Below, in pieces: positions 18,943 through 29,762 of a stretch of 64,000 bases of DNA. Numbering within the stretch: position 1 is the first letter of the stretch; every line of letters begins with the position of its first letter. Origin of the DNA: Candidatus Moraniibacteriota bacterium (GTDB taxonomy: Bacteria > Patescibacteriota > Minisyncoccia > Moranbacterales > UBA2206); NCBI GenBank assembly GCA_037137555.1, contig JBAXKA010000002.1, forward strand, positions 3,133 through 67,132, in the 5' to 3' direction. The notes beneath the pieces are model-generated. The model ran no database searches. It was not told the origin of the DNA and saw nothing but the letters and a program-made list of their open reading frames with translations. A program made the position numbers and the translations under genes.

Positions 18943-21513
18943 ATGCAAAATATTTTTTCACCTAAAAATTCTAGCTATCCTAAAAAAGCTAGATTTAGCA
19001 TGCCCTGGAAAAAACTTTTTATTTTTTTTGGTATTTTAGTTGGCACTGGAATTGTGACTGCTGTTGGTGTTTTTATTTATTTTTCCAAAGACTTGCCTGA
19101 CCCAGGAAAAATAAACACGCGTTTTTTGGCGGAATCAACAAAAATCTATGATCGCACTGGCGAGCATTTGCTTTATGAAGTTCATGGTGAAGAAAAAAGA
19201 ACAAAAATTGCTTTTGCGGAAATGCCTGAAGTTTTAAAATTTGCCACAATCAGCCTAGAAGATCAAGATTTTTACAATCATTACGGAATCAAGTTAAGTT
19301 CTATTTTGCGTTCCATTTTCAAAGATCTTATCAATCTTGGCAAAGCTCAAGGCGGATCAACCATCACCCAACAATTTGTCAAAAATTCCCTACTCACCAA
19401 TGAAAAAACGCTAATCAGAAAAGTTAAAGAAGTTATTCTTTCGCTCGAACTAGAAACAAAATTTTCTAAAGATGAAATTTTAGCCATGTATCTCAATGAA
19501 ATTCCCTATGGCTCAAACGCCTATGGCATTGAAGCGGCCGCTCAAACTTTTTTTGGCAAACCGGCCAGAGAATTAACACTTGATGAAGCGGCTTTAATTT
19601 CTGCTTTGCCTCAGGCAACTGCCTATTATTCTCCGTATGGTTCACATCTTGATGCGTTAATTGGACGAAAAAACTTCGCCCTAAAAACGATGGCTCGTTT
19701 GGGTTATATTACTCAAGAACAATCCGATGAAGCAATAAACACGATGACACTTAATAAAATAAAACCACAAAAAAATATTTTTGCCGCACCGCATTTCGTA
19801 ATGTATATTAAAGATTATTTACAACAAAAATATGGCGATAAGGCCGTGGAGCAAGGTGGACTAAAAGTTTATACCACGCTCGATTGGGACAAACAACAAC
19901 TCGCTGAAAAAGTTGTCAAAGAAGGTGCCGAAAAAAATGCAAAAACATATGGAGCGGGCAATGCTGGTCTCGTAGCAATGGATCCAAAAACGGGACAAAT
20001 TCTTGCGATGGTTGGGAGTAAGGATTATTTTGCGGAAAGTGAACCGAAAGGTTGTACGCAAGGAAAAAATTGTGTCTTTGAACCAAATGTAAATATTGCC
20101 ACTTCGCTTTTGCAACCAGGATCTTCTTTTAAGCCCTATGTTTATCTCACTGCTTTTGAAAAAGGTTTCACACCGGAAACAAATATTTGGGATGCAGATA
20201 CCAATTTCAGCACCGAGGATGGAAAAATCTATAATCCAAAAAATTACGATGGCAAAAATAGCGGTCTCTTGCAAATGAAAGATGCGCTGGCAAGATCCTT
20301 GAATGTTCCTGCCGTTAAAACACTTTATTTAGCTGGTGTAAAAAATTCTGTTGCTACTGCAAAAAAAATGGGAATTACAACGCTCAATGAACCAGCTCGT
20401 TATGGACTTTCTTTAGTGCTTGGTGGCGGTGAAGTAAAATTATTGGATCATGTTAATGCTTTTTCTACTTTTGCCACTGGCGGAATTCGTCATAATAAAA
20501 CAGCGATTTTGCGTATTGAAGATAGTAAAAATAATATACTTGAAAAATATATTGCTAATCAGGGAGAAAAAGTTATTGAAGAAAAATATATTGCCATGAT
20601 TGATTATATTCTTTCTACAAATAGTCTTCGTGCTCCAGTTTTTGGCGACAAAAATGCTCTTAGTTTTGAGAATCGTCCAGTGGCTGCAAAAACAGGAACA
20701 ACAAATGAGTGGCGTGATGGTTGGACGATGGGTTATACGCCATCATTAACTGTGGGCGTTTGGGCTGGCAATAACGATCATTCCACTATGAAACAAGGTG
20801 CTGATGGAATTTTTGTGGCGTCTCCAATTTGGCGTAGCTTTATGGATGAAGCTCTAAAAAACACAGCCACTGAAAATTTTCCTAAATATGAACCAGAAGA
20901 AACTGGCAAGGATATTCTTGATGGCAAACTAGAAATAAAAAAAGAACTTAAGGTTTGTGAGATTCCCGACGAAAATGATAAATATTGCCTCGTTAATGAT
21001 TTTTGCCCGGAAAATAAAATTAAGAAAAAAAAGTTTTCTGACGCGCATAGTGTTTTATATTACATCAATAAAGATGATGTCAGAGGAGATGCGCCAAAAG
21101 ATCCCAAGAGCGATCCTCAATTTGAAAGCTGGGAAAAAGGTATAAAAAGTTGGCTGAAGGATCAAGATTATTCCACAGACAGCGCACCAAAAGATGAATG
21201 TAAAGAAAAAGATTTTTCTGATTATAAGCCAAGTGTAGAAATAAAATCACCATCAAATGGCGAAACGATAATCGCCACTTCTTTCACGATTTCTGTTAAA
21301 ATTTCCGCTCCCTATGGAGTTAAAAATTCTACAATCAGTGTTAATGGCAATAATATCTCATCTAGTAATAATGATTCTTTTAGTAATAACTACATAATTC
21401 CAGATGACAAAAAAAATTCCAGCTTAAATATAAAAGTTGAAACTACTGATAATAATGGCAACACAGATTCAAAAAGTATTACAGTTAATACTAATGTTCC
21501 GGCGATACCTTAA
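18943..21513 (+). CDS. class A penicillin-binding protein (PBP1A family) with C-terminal Ig-like domain
   Basis: EDQDFYNH, GGSTITQQFVKN, RKVKE; SSFK, SLN and KTG transpeptidase motifs; promoter TTGATA-17-TAGTCT upstream. Confidence 0.95.
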   Translation: MQNIFSPKNSSYPKKARFSMPWKKLFIFFGILVGTGIVTAVGVFIYFSKDLPDPGKINTRFLAESTKIYDRTGEHLLYEVHGEEKRTKIAFAEMPEVLKFATISLEDQDFYNHYGIKLSSILRSIFKDLINLGKAQGGSTITQQFVKNSLLTNEKTLIRKVKEVILSLELETKFSKDEILAMYLNEIPYGSNAYGIEAAAQTFFGKPARELTLDEAALISALPQATAYYSPYGSHLDALIGRKNFALKTMARLGYITQEQSDEAINTMTLNKIKPQKNIFAAPHFVMYIKDYLQQKYGDKAVEQGGLKVYTTLDWDKQQLAEKVVKEGAEKNAKTYGAGNAGLVAMDPKTGQILAMVGSKDYFAESEPKGCTQGKNCVFEPNVNIATSLLQPGSSFKPYVYLTAFEKGFTPETNIWDADTNFSTEDGKIYNPKNYDGKNSGLLQMKDALARSLNVPAVKTLYLAGVKNSVATAKKMGITTLNEPARYGLSLVLGGGEVKLLDHVNAFSTFATGGIRHNKTAILRIEDSKNNILEKYIANQGEKVIEEKYIAMIDYILSTNSLRAPVFGDKNALSFENRPVAAKTGTTNEWRDGWTMGYTPSLTVGVWAGNNDHSTMKQGADGIFVASPIWRSFMDEALKNTATENFPKYEPEETGKDILDGKLEIKKELKVCEIPDENDKYCLVNDFCPENKIKKKKFSDAHSVLYYINKDDVRGDAPKDPKSDPQFESWEKGIKSWLKDQDYSTDSAPKDECKEKDFSDYKPSVEIKSPSNGETIIATSFTISVKISAPYGVKNSTISVNGNNISSSNNDSFSNNYIIPDDKKNSSLNIKVETTDNNGNTDSKSITVNTNVPAIP

Positions 21514-21519
21514 TATAAA

Positions 21520-21801
21520 TTACTTTAATTTAATATCCTCCACCACATCATCACCAACCTCTTGATTGATTTTTTTAATGATGCGTGTTTTGTTTGTCCA
21601 AAGCTCGGCTGACCAGATGGAATTTTCCGCTTTAATAAATAAAGTTTTGTGTGCAAAATACTCTGGATTAAATTTTTGCTTTCCAATTAAGCCAAATTCA
21701 TCACTAATTACTTTTTTAAAAACAAAAAAGACAGTTTTATCATCCAACTGTTGTATTTTTTTAATTTTTCGTTGCCCTAAGATATCACCAAGCGCTTTCA
21801 T
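21520..21801 (-). CDS. dciA: DciA (DUF721) helicase-loader-like protein
   Basis: LFIKAENSIWSAEL..IIKKINQ..VEDIKL pattern; position downstream of dnaN. Confidence 0.75.
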   Translation of the reverse strand: MKALGDILGQRKIKKIQQLDDKTVFFVFKKVISDEFGLIGKQKFNPEYFAHKTLFIKAENSIWSAELWTNKTRIIKKINQEVGDDVVEDIKLK

Positions 21802-21810
21802 TTTTTTATT

Positions 21811-22971
21811 CTAGTTTTTTATAGGCATGATAATATAAGTAAAATCAATTAAGACAGCGCTAGTGCTTTCAGAAAATTCTCGAATCGCCACTGGCGATGA
21901 ATCACTATTGGCCAATAGGGCGATCTTATCTGTTGTCACAACATTAATTCCTTCTGTTAGATATTTCAAATTAAAAACAATCTCTTGTGACTCACCAAGA
22001 ACTTCAAATTTGATTTCTGTTGAGTTTTCCCCCACCTCAACGCTCCTAGTATCAATTAATATATTTTTCTTCTCTGCGTCAATTTTTAAAACTATTTCCT
22101 TGGATTTTTCACTCACAAAAACTCCTGCCATTTTTAAGGCGTTTTGAAGAACTCGCTTATCACCAATTATTGTTGTTTTATATGTTTGTGGCATTATGTG
22201 TTTATATTCTGGATATTTTCCATTAATCAAGCGAGAAACTATCTTCATTCCACCGAGCTCAAAGAAAATCTGACCATCCTCGATAAATATTTCAATAATA
22301 GTGTCGGAAATATTATTAGAAATAATTCGATTTAATTCTGTTAATGTGTTTATTGGTATAATAATATTTTTAGTTTTCTCTTTTAGTTCGTTATATTTTT
22401 CTCGATTAACCTCTTTTTCACTTATTTTTAAAATATATTCCGATAAACGAAAGCCATCTGTGGCCGCAAAAAATAATTCACTCTCACCAAAAACAATATT
22501 CATACCAGTCAATTCTTGCCGTGCCTCATTGTGCGCAATAGCAATAAGTAGTTTAGAAAAAATATCTTTTAATTTATTGATTTCAATTTTAAATATAAAT
22601 TCTGTGCTTTTTTGTGGAATTAAAGGAAAATCCTCAGCAGAAAAACTTTTTATCTTAGCTTTAGTTTGCCCGTTTGTTATTTTTAAGTTTTGATCTACTG
22701 TCTCTATGTCCATATTTTCTTCTTCAGAGAGATTTGTAGAAAAATTACTTAGTAATTTCGCAGGAACCGTGATCACGCCTTCTTGTTCAACTTTTGCTCC
22801 GATTTTAATTTCAATTCCAATTTCTAAATTAGTCGCTGCTATTTTCAAATAACCTGCATGCGCTTCTAGTAGAATATTATTTAAAATCGGTAATGTATTT
22901 TGTTTAGATACAATTCGTTCAGAATTGATAATAGCTTTTTTAAAATTCTCTTGTGTGCAGATTAGTTTCAT
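21811..22971 (-). CDS. dnaN: DNA polymerase III beta clamp
   Basis: LPILNNILL, ATNLEIG, AATDGFRL, SRLINGKYPEY, IIMPI. Confidence 0.97.
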   Translation of the reverse strand: MKLICTQENFKKAIINSERIVSKQNTLPILNNILLEAHAGYLKIAATNLEIGIEIKIGAKVEQEGVITVPAKLLSNFSTNLSEEENMDIETVDQNLKITNGQTKAKIKSFSAEDFPLIPQKSTEFIFKIEINKLKDIFSKLLIAIAHNEARQELTGMNIVFGESELFFAATDGFRLSEYILKISEKEVNREKYNELKEKTKNIIIPINTLTELNRIISNNISDTIIEIFIEDGQIFFELGGMKIVSRLINGKYPEYKHIMPQTYKTTIIGDKRVLQNALKMAGVFVSEKSKEIVLKIDAEKKNILIDTRSVEVGENSTEIKFEVLGESQEIVFNLKYLTEGINVVTTDKIALLANSDSSPVAIREFSESTSAVLIDFTYIIMPIKN

Positions 22972-23234
22972 AGGAGTTATATTATATTTTATTAATTAAA
23001 TTAACTTATTATTGTTATTATAAATGGGATTAATGTGGATAACTAGTTTTTAAGGCTTTAATGTTGAGAAATAATGCAATATAAACTGTGGATAATTATT
23101 ATTTTTTAACTAAGATAAGTTGGGTGATTTTTTAGCTAAATAATTAAGTGTAATTATTATACTAAAATAACAAACAGTCTGTGATAGTTAATTGAGGGTG
23201 TTTTTAGTGGGTATATAAACAAGTTATTAACAGT
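22972..23234. other. probable replication origin (oriC)
   Basis: dnaA-dnaN intergenic region; perfect DnaA boxes TGTGGATAA at 23034-23042 and 23087-23095; trio-like repeats at 23006-23023 and an AT-rich tract before dnaN. Confidence 0.8.
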
Positions 23235-24614
23235 TTATTCTATTTTATACAGATCTTCACAGATTTGATTGATTTCTTCTGAGAGCGTTTCGTCGGATAA
23301 ACGATTTTTGGAAATTTTATCAAAAGCGTGAATAGCGGTTGAATGATCTCTTCCGCCTAATTTTTCTCCAATGCCGGGAAAAGAGAATTGTAATTCACTA
23401 CGCATAAGATACATAGCAATTTGCCTGGGCTTAACAACCTCTTTTTTTCGATTTTTTAAAATTAAATCATCGGGATTTATATCATAAAAAGAAGAAACCG
23501 CTTTTAGGACATGTTTATATGTAACACCCTTTTTTTTGCCACTGGAAATTAATTCGGATAGTTGGCCTATAGTAAACTCAAGTGTAATTTCTTTTTTAGC
23601 TAATTGAGCGGAAACAATAATCCGATTTAATGCCCCTTCTAGCTCCCGAATATTATTTTTAATATTAGTGGCAATAAAAACTAACGCTTCTTGGCTAATT
23701 TCTATACTTTCATCGATAACTTTTTTTTGCAAAATGGCTAGTCTTGTTTCGAGATCGGGCTTAGAAACATCAGCTATCATACCACCCTCAAAACGAGAAC
23801 GCAATCTTTCTTCCAGGATGCGAATGGCTTTTGGTGGGCGATCACTACTAAGAACAATTTGTTTATTTAATTGATAGAGATGGTTGAAAATATGAAAAAA
23901 TTCCTCTTGTGTTTTTTCTTTATCGGAAATAAATTGAATATCGTCAATAATTAAGATATCAATTTTTTGATAATATTCTTTAAATTCGTTTATTTTATGG
24001 TTTTGTAGGGCGTCAATTAGGTTGGCGGTAAATCTTTCTGAAGTGATATATTTTACTCTAAAGTTTGGATCTTTTCGTAATATTTCATTGCCAATAGATT
24101 GAATTAAATGCGTTTTTCCCAAACCTACGCCACCATAAATAAATAAAGGGTTATAAATTTTCCCCAGATTTTGAGAAACAGCGATACAAGCGGCATTAGC
24201 TAGTTCATTATTTCCACCAACGATTAAATTTTCAAAAGTATATTTAGGATTAAGATTGTTTTCAAGGTTTATTGCAAATACTTTTTTTTCAATTTTTTTT
24301 TGCGTATAATTTTGAGGAGCAATAATAGCATCGAGCATGTTTTCTTTTCTGATTATTGAGCCCTCTTTTGGAGCGGCAATTACACATGAAACAGTTTTTA
24401 TGTCCGGTTGAATATTGCGAAGGGCTTTTAGAATATAGGAATTGTATTTATTCTCTAGCCATTCTTTGGCAAAACCAGTAGGAACACTAAGAATAATAAT
24501 TCCATCGGTATTGGAAATAATCTTTGTGCTTCGAAACCAGGTTGCAAAATTTGCTCTGGAAATATAAAGCTCTATTTCATTGAGGGCTGTTTGCCAGAGT
24601 TCTTCATTGAGCAT
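23235..24614 (-). CDS. dnaA: chromosomal replication initiator DnaA
   Basis: YNPLFIYGGVGLGKTHL, LIIDDIQF, RLRSRFEGG, RELEGAL, GGRDHSTAIHA. Confidence 0.98.
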   Translation of the reverse strand: MLNEELWQTALNEIELYISRANFATWFRSTKIISNTDGIIILSVPTGFAKEWLENKYNSYILKALRNIQPDIKTVSCVIAAPKEGSIIRKENMLDAIIAPQNYTQKKIEKKVFAINLENNLNPKYTFENLIVGGNNELANAACIAVSQNLGKIYNPLFIYGGVGLGKTHLIQSIGNEILRKDPNFRVKYITSERFTANLIDALQNHKINEFKEYYQKIDILIIDDIQFISDKEKTQEEFFHIFNHLYQLNKQIVLSSDRPPKAIRILEERLRSRFEGGMIADVSKPDLETRLAILQKKVIDESIEISQEALVFIATNIKNNIRELEGALNRIIVSAQLAKKEITLEFTIGQLSELISSGKKKGVTYKHVLKAVSSFYDINPDDLILKNRKKEVVKPRQIAMYLMRSELQFSFPGIGEKLGGRDHSTAIHAFDKISKNRLSDETLSEEINQICEDLYKIE

Positions 24615-24859
24615 TTTTTTGGATAAAAAGTTTAATAAAAGCTATTTTAAAGATTAAAATAAATATAGCACGGAAGAAAAATAATTGATAGCGGTAAAAG
24701 GTGAATAAACTGTTAGTAAGTCTAAGTGGTAAGTTAAAGTTAGTATAAGAAAGTTAAAAAAGCAAATATTTTCTTGTGATTGGCTTTTTGATTGACTTAT
24801 TAAAGAATAATTGGTAAGCTTTCAATTAGTTAGTTTTAAATATTTAACTCAAGAAATAA

Positions 24860-24997
24860 ATGAGCGTAACATATAAACCCAAAAGTATAAAGAGAAAAAG
24901 GAGTCATGGCTTTATTGAAAGAAATAGTACTGCTTCTGGCCGAAATGTTTTAAAAGCAAGAAGAAGAAAAGGTCGTGCTAAACTGACAACAGTTTAA
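24860..24997 (+). CDS. rpmH: 50S ribosomal protein L34 (missing from ORF track)
   Basis: Translates [45 protein letters not shown]; promoter TTGACT-17-TAAGCT upstream. Confidence 0.95.
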   Translation: MSVTYKPKSIKRKRSHGFIERNSTASGRNVLKARRRKGRAKLTTV

Positions 24998-25021
24998 TTT
25001 TTTAATTTTTAAAATCAGGCA

Positions 25022-25369
25022 ATGCTACCAAAAAAGCATCGAATTAGAAAAAACGCTGATTTTGAATTGATTTGTCGCTATGGAAAGACTATTTCTTGCG
25101 ACAAGCTGATTTTAAAAATTAAAAAGAATAATCTAGCCGTAACTCGACTAGGAATATCAGTTGGATTAAAATTTTCCTCAAAAGCGGTTGCTAGAAATAG
25201 GATTAGACGGCAGGTGCGGGCGTTTTTTGAAAAAAATTTTAAAAAAATACAAATTTCCTGGGATATTATAGTAATCGTGCAAAAAGGGGCTGATAATGAT
25301 GTGAAAATGCTGGCTGAGCTGGAAAATAGTTTAATCAAAAATGGCCTAATTAATAACGCATTAAAATAA
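25022..25369 (+). CDS. rnpA: ribonuclease P protein component
   Basis: RLGISVG..KAVARNRIRR; synteny with rpmH and yidC. Confidence 0.93.
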   Translation: MLPKKHRIRKNADFELICRYGKTISCDKLILKIKKNNLAVTRLGISVGLKFSSKAVARNRIRRQVRAFFEKNFKKIQISWDIIVIVQKGADNDVKMLAELENSLIKNGLINNALK

Positions 25370-25370
25370 A

Positions 25371-26159
25371 ATGTTTTTATTTAACGAATTTGTTTATCGC
25401 CCCATCTATAACTTATTGATTTTTATTTATAATTTTATGCCATTGCATGATTTTGGCATTGCAATTATATTGGTGACTATAATAATCAAGCTTTTACTTA
25501 TTCCCCTCAGTCGCAAACAAATTGAATCACAAAAGAAAATGCAGGAATTACAGCCAAGAATAAAGGAAATTCAAGAGAAGCATAAAAATGACAAAGAGAA
25601 ACAAAGCCGGGCTTTAATGGAATTTTATAAAGAAAATAAGGCTAATCCATTTTCCGGTTGTCTTCCAATGATTTTTCAATTAGTGTTTTTGATTGCTATT
25701 TATCGCGTTTTATTTAATATTTCTCAAAATGGATTGCGAGTGAACGAGGCAGATTTATACACTTTTATAAGCAACCCGGGGCAAATTAAGCATCTTTTCT
25801 TGGGGTTGATTGATCTTTCCAGTATCGTGGACTTTAAAAATTATAGTGCAACAAATATTGCACATATCATTTTGGTGATTATGGCGGCCGGAGCACAATA
25901 TGTTCAAACGAAAATGCTCATGGCAAAAACAAAAAAACTTAAAAATGAGAAAGTTGATGATAAAAAAGATAATAAAGAACAAGACTTTGCTCAAATTATG
26001 TCCAAACAAATGCTTTATCTAGCCCCTGTGATGACTTTATTTATTGGTGTTAAATTTCCAGCTGGATTGGCATTGTATTGGTTAGTTTCCACTTTATTTA
26101 TGATTGCGCAACAAGAATATTTGGAAAAAAAGAGTATGCAAGTATTGATTAGTAAATAA
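25371..26159 (+). CDS. yidC: membrane protein insertase YidC
   Basis: KMQELQP, NPFSGCLP, PAGLALYW. Confidence 0.95.
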   Translation: MFLFNEFVYRPIYNLLIFIYNFMPLHDFGIAIILVTIIIKLLLIPLSRKQIESQKKMQELQPRIKEIQEKHKNDKEKQSRALMEFYKENKANPFSGCLPMIFQLVFLIAIYRVLFNISQNGLRVNEADLYTFISNPGQIKHLFLGLIDLSSIVDFKNYSATNIAHIILVIMAAGAQYVQTKMLMAKTKKLKNEKVDDKKDNKEQDFAQIMSKQMLYLAPVMTLFIGVKFPAGLALYWLVSTLFMIAQQEYLEKKSMQVLISK

Positions 26160-26197
26160 TATTTAGATAATTAACAGTTTAAATATAGTTAAACCAT

Positions 26198-26677
26198 ATG
26201 GAACAGAAACAGGAAAATGTTGAAGGTGTGATCGTGGCAATAGTGGAAAGTTTGCTTTCTAGAATGGGTTTTTCCGCTAGCGTTGAGGCTAAGAAGGCAG
26301 AGGGTGTGGACGGTGCGATTGTTTGTGATATAAAAACAGAAGACTCTAGTTTTTTAATTGGTCAATATGGTTTAAATTTGCAATCATTGCAACATATTGC
26401 CAGAGTAATGATTCGAAAAAAGATTGTTCAACCAATTAATTTTATCCTTGATGTTAACTCTTATCGGCAAGAAAAAAATGATTCTGTTATTCGCTTAGCA
26501 AAAAACCTAGCTCAAGAAGCAATAATTGAAAAGCGTGAAATAACTATGCGGCCAATGACGGCCTATGAAAGACGCATTGTGCATATGGAATTATCGAAAA
26601 ACGATCAAATTAAATCAGAAAGCATTGGCGAGGGTGAATCTCGGCGCATCGTGATTAAGCCATTAGAAATAGTTTAG
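26198..26677 (+). CDS. jag: Jag/KhpB family KH-R3H RNA-binding protein
   Basis: LIGQYGLNLQSLQ, PMTAYERRIVH, SESIGEG. Confidence 0.88.
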   Translation: MEQKQENVEGVIVAIVESLLSRMGFSASVEAKKAEGVDGAIVCDIKTEDSSFLIGQYGLNLQSLQHIARVMIRKKIVQPINFILDVNSYRQEKNDSVIRLAKNLAQEAIIEKREITMRPMTAYERRIVHMELSKNDQIKSESIGEGESRRIVIKPLEIV

Positions 26678-26705
26678 TAAAGTTTATTTTTTTAGATATT
26701 TTATT

Positions 26706-28124
26706 ATGGTTATTGCCAGAAAAATAGCCTATAATGTGCTTGTAAGTAGCATCTCAAAAGTGCTTTCTACGGCGCTTGCTTTGGTTTCAATTGGTTTTAT
26801 TACACGCTATTTAGGCAAGGAAGGTTTTGGTGATTATGCAACAGTTTTAGCTTTCTTGGCTTTTTTTTCAGCCATTTCCGATTTAGGCTTATATCAATTT
26901 TCAACAAGAGAAATTTCTCGTCCTGGTGCGAATATTGAGAAAATTATGGGCAATGCTTTCGCTATGCGGGTGGTTTCTTCACTAGTTATTTTTTTGTTTT
27001 CATTTGTTTTAATTATATTTTTACCTTATTCGCAAGAAGTGAAATATGGCGTCGTGATTATTGCGGCGTCTTTTATTTTTTCTTCTGGCTATCAAATCCT
27101 CAATGGCGTGTTTCAAAAAAATTTAGCTATGGATAAAGTTGCTATCTCAGAACTTCTGGGAAAAATTGTGCAATTAGCCGTGGTGATTTTAGCCGTTAAA
27201 CTTAAGCTTGATTTCTCATGGATTATTGCCTCGTTGCTGTTTAATATGCTAGTTAGTTTTGTGTTGGTTTATTTTTGGTCAAAGAAATATCTCAAATTAA
27301 GCTTTCATTTTGATATCGCTTATTGGAAAAAATTTCTTTCTGAATCATACCCAATTGGCATAATGGCTATTGTGGTTTTTGTGTATTTTAAAGTTGATAC
27401 AATACTTTTGTCCTTTATTAAAAGCAATACCGAGGTGGGAATTTATAATGTGGCATATAAGGTTTTGGAAAATATCTCTTTTTTTCCCGCGATGATCATG
27501 GGGCTTATTTTCCCGATTATATCCCAGCATATTTTCAGCGATAAAAAAAGCTTTCTTGCTATTTCGAATAAAACCTTCAAGGTTTTTATGTTGCTGGTTG
27601 TGCCGTTGCTGGTGGGGACGCTTTTTCTTGCTAGTGATTTAATTTATTTAATTGGTGGAGCGGGCTTTTCTGAATCAATAGTTGTTTTGCAAATTCTTGT
27701 TTTTGCCTTAGTGGCAATATTTTTTGGTAGTTTCTTTAATGCTATTTTGATTGCTGGAAATTTACAAAAAAAATTAGTGTTTATTTTGTCAGCCGCGGCG
27801 ATTTTTAATGTTCTGGCTAATTTAATTTTTATCCCGTCTTTTTCTTATTTAGCGTCTGCTACGATTTCGGTTATTACAGAAATTTTTGTGGCGGTAGCAG
27901 CGGGATATTTAGTGTTTAAAAAACTTAATTACTTGCCGAGAGCAGAAAAAATTGGCAAAATATTTCTTTCTGGCTTAGTAATGGCAATTTTTTTGTTTAT
28001 TTTTAGAACAAGCAATTTTTTTATTATAGGCTTTAGCAGTGTTTGCATATACTTGTTCGCATTAGGCATATTTCGAGCAGTGGAAATTTCTGAGATAACT
28101 AGTATAATTAATAAACATGAATAA
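26706..28124 (+). CDS. polysaccharide flippase (Wzx/MOP family)
   Basis: About 12-14 TM helices; RYLGKEGFG, DLGL, VGIYNVAY. Confidence 0.85.
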   Translation: MVIARKIAYNVLVSSISKVLSTALALVSIGFITRYLGKEGFGDYATVLAFLAFFSAISDLGLYQFSTREISRPGANIEKIMGNAFAMRVVSSLVIFLFSFVLIIFLPYSQEVKYGVVIIAASFIFSSGYQILNGVFQKNLAMDKVAISELLGKIVQLAVVILAVKLKLDFSWIIASLLFNMLVSFVLVYFWSKKYLKLSFHFDIAYWKKFLSESYPIGIMAIVVFVYFKVDTILLSFIKSNTEVGIYNVAYKVLENISFFPAMIMGLIFPIISQHIFSDKKSFLAISNKTFKVFMLLVVPLLVGTLFLASDLIYLIGGAGFSESIVVLQILVFALVAIFFGSFFNAILIAGNLQKKLVFILSAAAIFNVLANLIFIPSFSYLASATISVITEIFVAVAAGYLVFKKLNYLPRAEKIGKIFLSGLVMAIFLFIFRTSNFFIIGFSSVCIYLFALGIFRAVEISEITSIINKHE

Positions 28125-28986
28125 TCCATATCCTAAAGTTAATATTGTTGTTTTGAATTACAATGGCAAGCAGTGCTTGCCTGGTTGTTTAAAGAGTCTT
28201 TTTCAAGTAGATTATCCTAATTTTGAAATAGTTGTGGTGGATAATAATTCAGATGATGGATCGCTTGAACTGGCGAGGCAAAGTTTTTCCCGAGCGACAT
28301 TTATTAAAAATGAACAAAATCTAGGTTTTTCAGCTGGCAATAATGTGGGAATAAAATATTCCTTAGAAAAAATGGCTGACTTTGTGCTTTTGTTAAATAA
28401 TGATACGGAAGTGAAGAAGGATTTTTTAAAACAATTAATTCTCGCTACAAAAACAAATGACGCTGGTATTCTTGGTGCTTTGATTTTTTCTGGTAATAAT
28501 AAAGACATCTGGTTTTCTGGTGGAAAGATTGATTGGTTGCGTATGAAAGCGTTGAATGAGCAAGTATTAATAAAAAATAATAATAATTTTCCTGATTTTA
28601 TTTCTGGTTGTGCGATGTTAGTGCGAGCGGAAGTTTTTGCAAAAATTGGATTATTTGATGAGGACTTTTTTCTCTATTGGGAGGATGTGGATTTTAGTGT
28701 AAGAGCAAAAAAGGCTGGATTTGCACTTTCGGTTGTGGCAAACTCACATGTTCGCCACTTAGAATTAAGTGAAAACAAAAAAGCTAAAAAAATTTATTGG
28801 CTAGTGCTTTCTGGTTTGATTTTTTTTAGAAAAAATTCTGAAAAAATGCTTGGCTTTTGGGTTTTTGTTTATACGGTTTTGCGGAGAATAAAAAACTGGA
28901 ATGATGTACGAAAAAATAAAACAGCAATAAATTTGGCTGTGCAAAAGGCTTATGGGGATTTTGGAAAAGTGAAATGCGAAAAATAA
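28117..28986 (+). CDS. glycosyltransferase family 2
   Basis: VVDNNSDDGS, NLGFSAGNN, LLNND, FFLYWEDVD. Confidence 0.92.
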   Translation: MNNPYPKVNIVVLNYNGKQCLPGCLKSLFQVDYPNFEIVVVDNNSDDGSLELARQSFSRATFIKNEQNLGFSAGNNVGIKYSLEKMADFVLLLNNDTEVKKDFLKQLILATKTNDAGILGALIFSGNNKDIWFSGGKIDWLRMKALNEQVLIKNNNNFPDFISGCAMLVRAEVFAKIGLFDEDFFLYWEDVDFSVRAKKAGFALSVVANSHVRHLELSENKKAKKIYWLVLSGLIFFRKNSEKMLGFWVFVYTVLRRIKNWNDVRKNKTAINLAVQKAYGDFGKVKCEK

Positions 28987-29762
28987 AGCTTTCAATTATT
29001 ATTGTGAATTATCAGAGCCGAGCTTATTTGGAAAAATGCTTGGCTTCTATTTTTGCGAAAATTAATCTTACTTCGTCCTATGAAATTATTGTGGTCAATA
29101 ACGACATAAAAAGCGAACTTGATGGTTTGAATATTTTATTTCCCACTATAAAAATTATTCAGAACTCTAAAAATAATGGTTTTGGTAGTGCCAATAATCT
29201 TGGAGCAAAAGAGGCGCGAGGCGAAGTTTTATTATTTCTTAATCCCGACACGGAAATTATTACGCAAAATATTTCAAGTGTGTTGGCGGAATTTGAAAAT
29301 AATCAAGCACTGGGAATCTTAGGTTCTCGTATTATAACGACTGATGGAATGGTGCAAAGCTGGATTGCAGGAGCAAAAATAGATCTCTTGAGTGTTTTGG
29401 GTAATAATTTTAAAAAAACAAAAAACAAGCAATGCTGGCAAAACACAAAACAAACAGAAGTGTTTTGGGTGGCAGGAACAGCGATGTTTATCACTGAGAA
29501 ACTTTTTGGGCAACTTGGTGGCTTTGATGAAAAATTTTTTATGTATTTTGAAGATGTTGATCTTTGTAATCGAGCGCAGGCATTGAATAAAAAAGTGATT
29601 TATTTTCCAGATTTTTCTGTGTTGCATCACAGCGGAAAAAGTTTTTTGGCTAAAAAAAAGCAAAAAAAATGCTATTATCTTTCGCAGGATTATTATTTCA
29701 GAAAACATTTGGGTTTTTTTCAAGCAACGCTTTTAAAGCTATTGAGATTTTTTAGTTTTTGA
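28974..29762 (+). CDS. glycosyltransferase family 2
   Basis: GFGSANN, LFLNPD, FDEKFFMYFEDVD. Confidence 0.92.
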   Translation: MRKIKLSIIIVNYQSRAYLEKCLASIFAKINLTSSYEIIVVNNDIKSELDGLNILFPTIKIIQNSKNNGFGSANNLGAKEARGEVLLFLNPDTEIITQNISSVLAEFENNQALGILGSRIITTDGMVQSWIAGAKIDLLSVLGNNFKKTKNKQCWQNTKQTEVFWVAGTAMFITEKLFGQLGGFDEKFFMYFEDVDLCNRAQALNKKVIYFPDFSVLHHSGKSFLAKKKQKKCYYLSQDYYFRKHLGFFQATLLKLLRFFSF

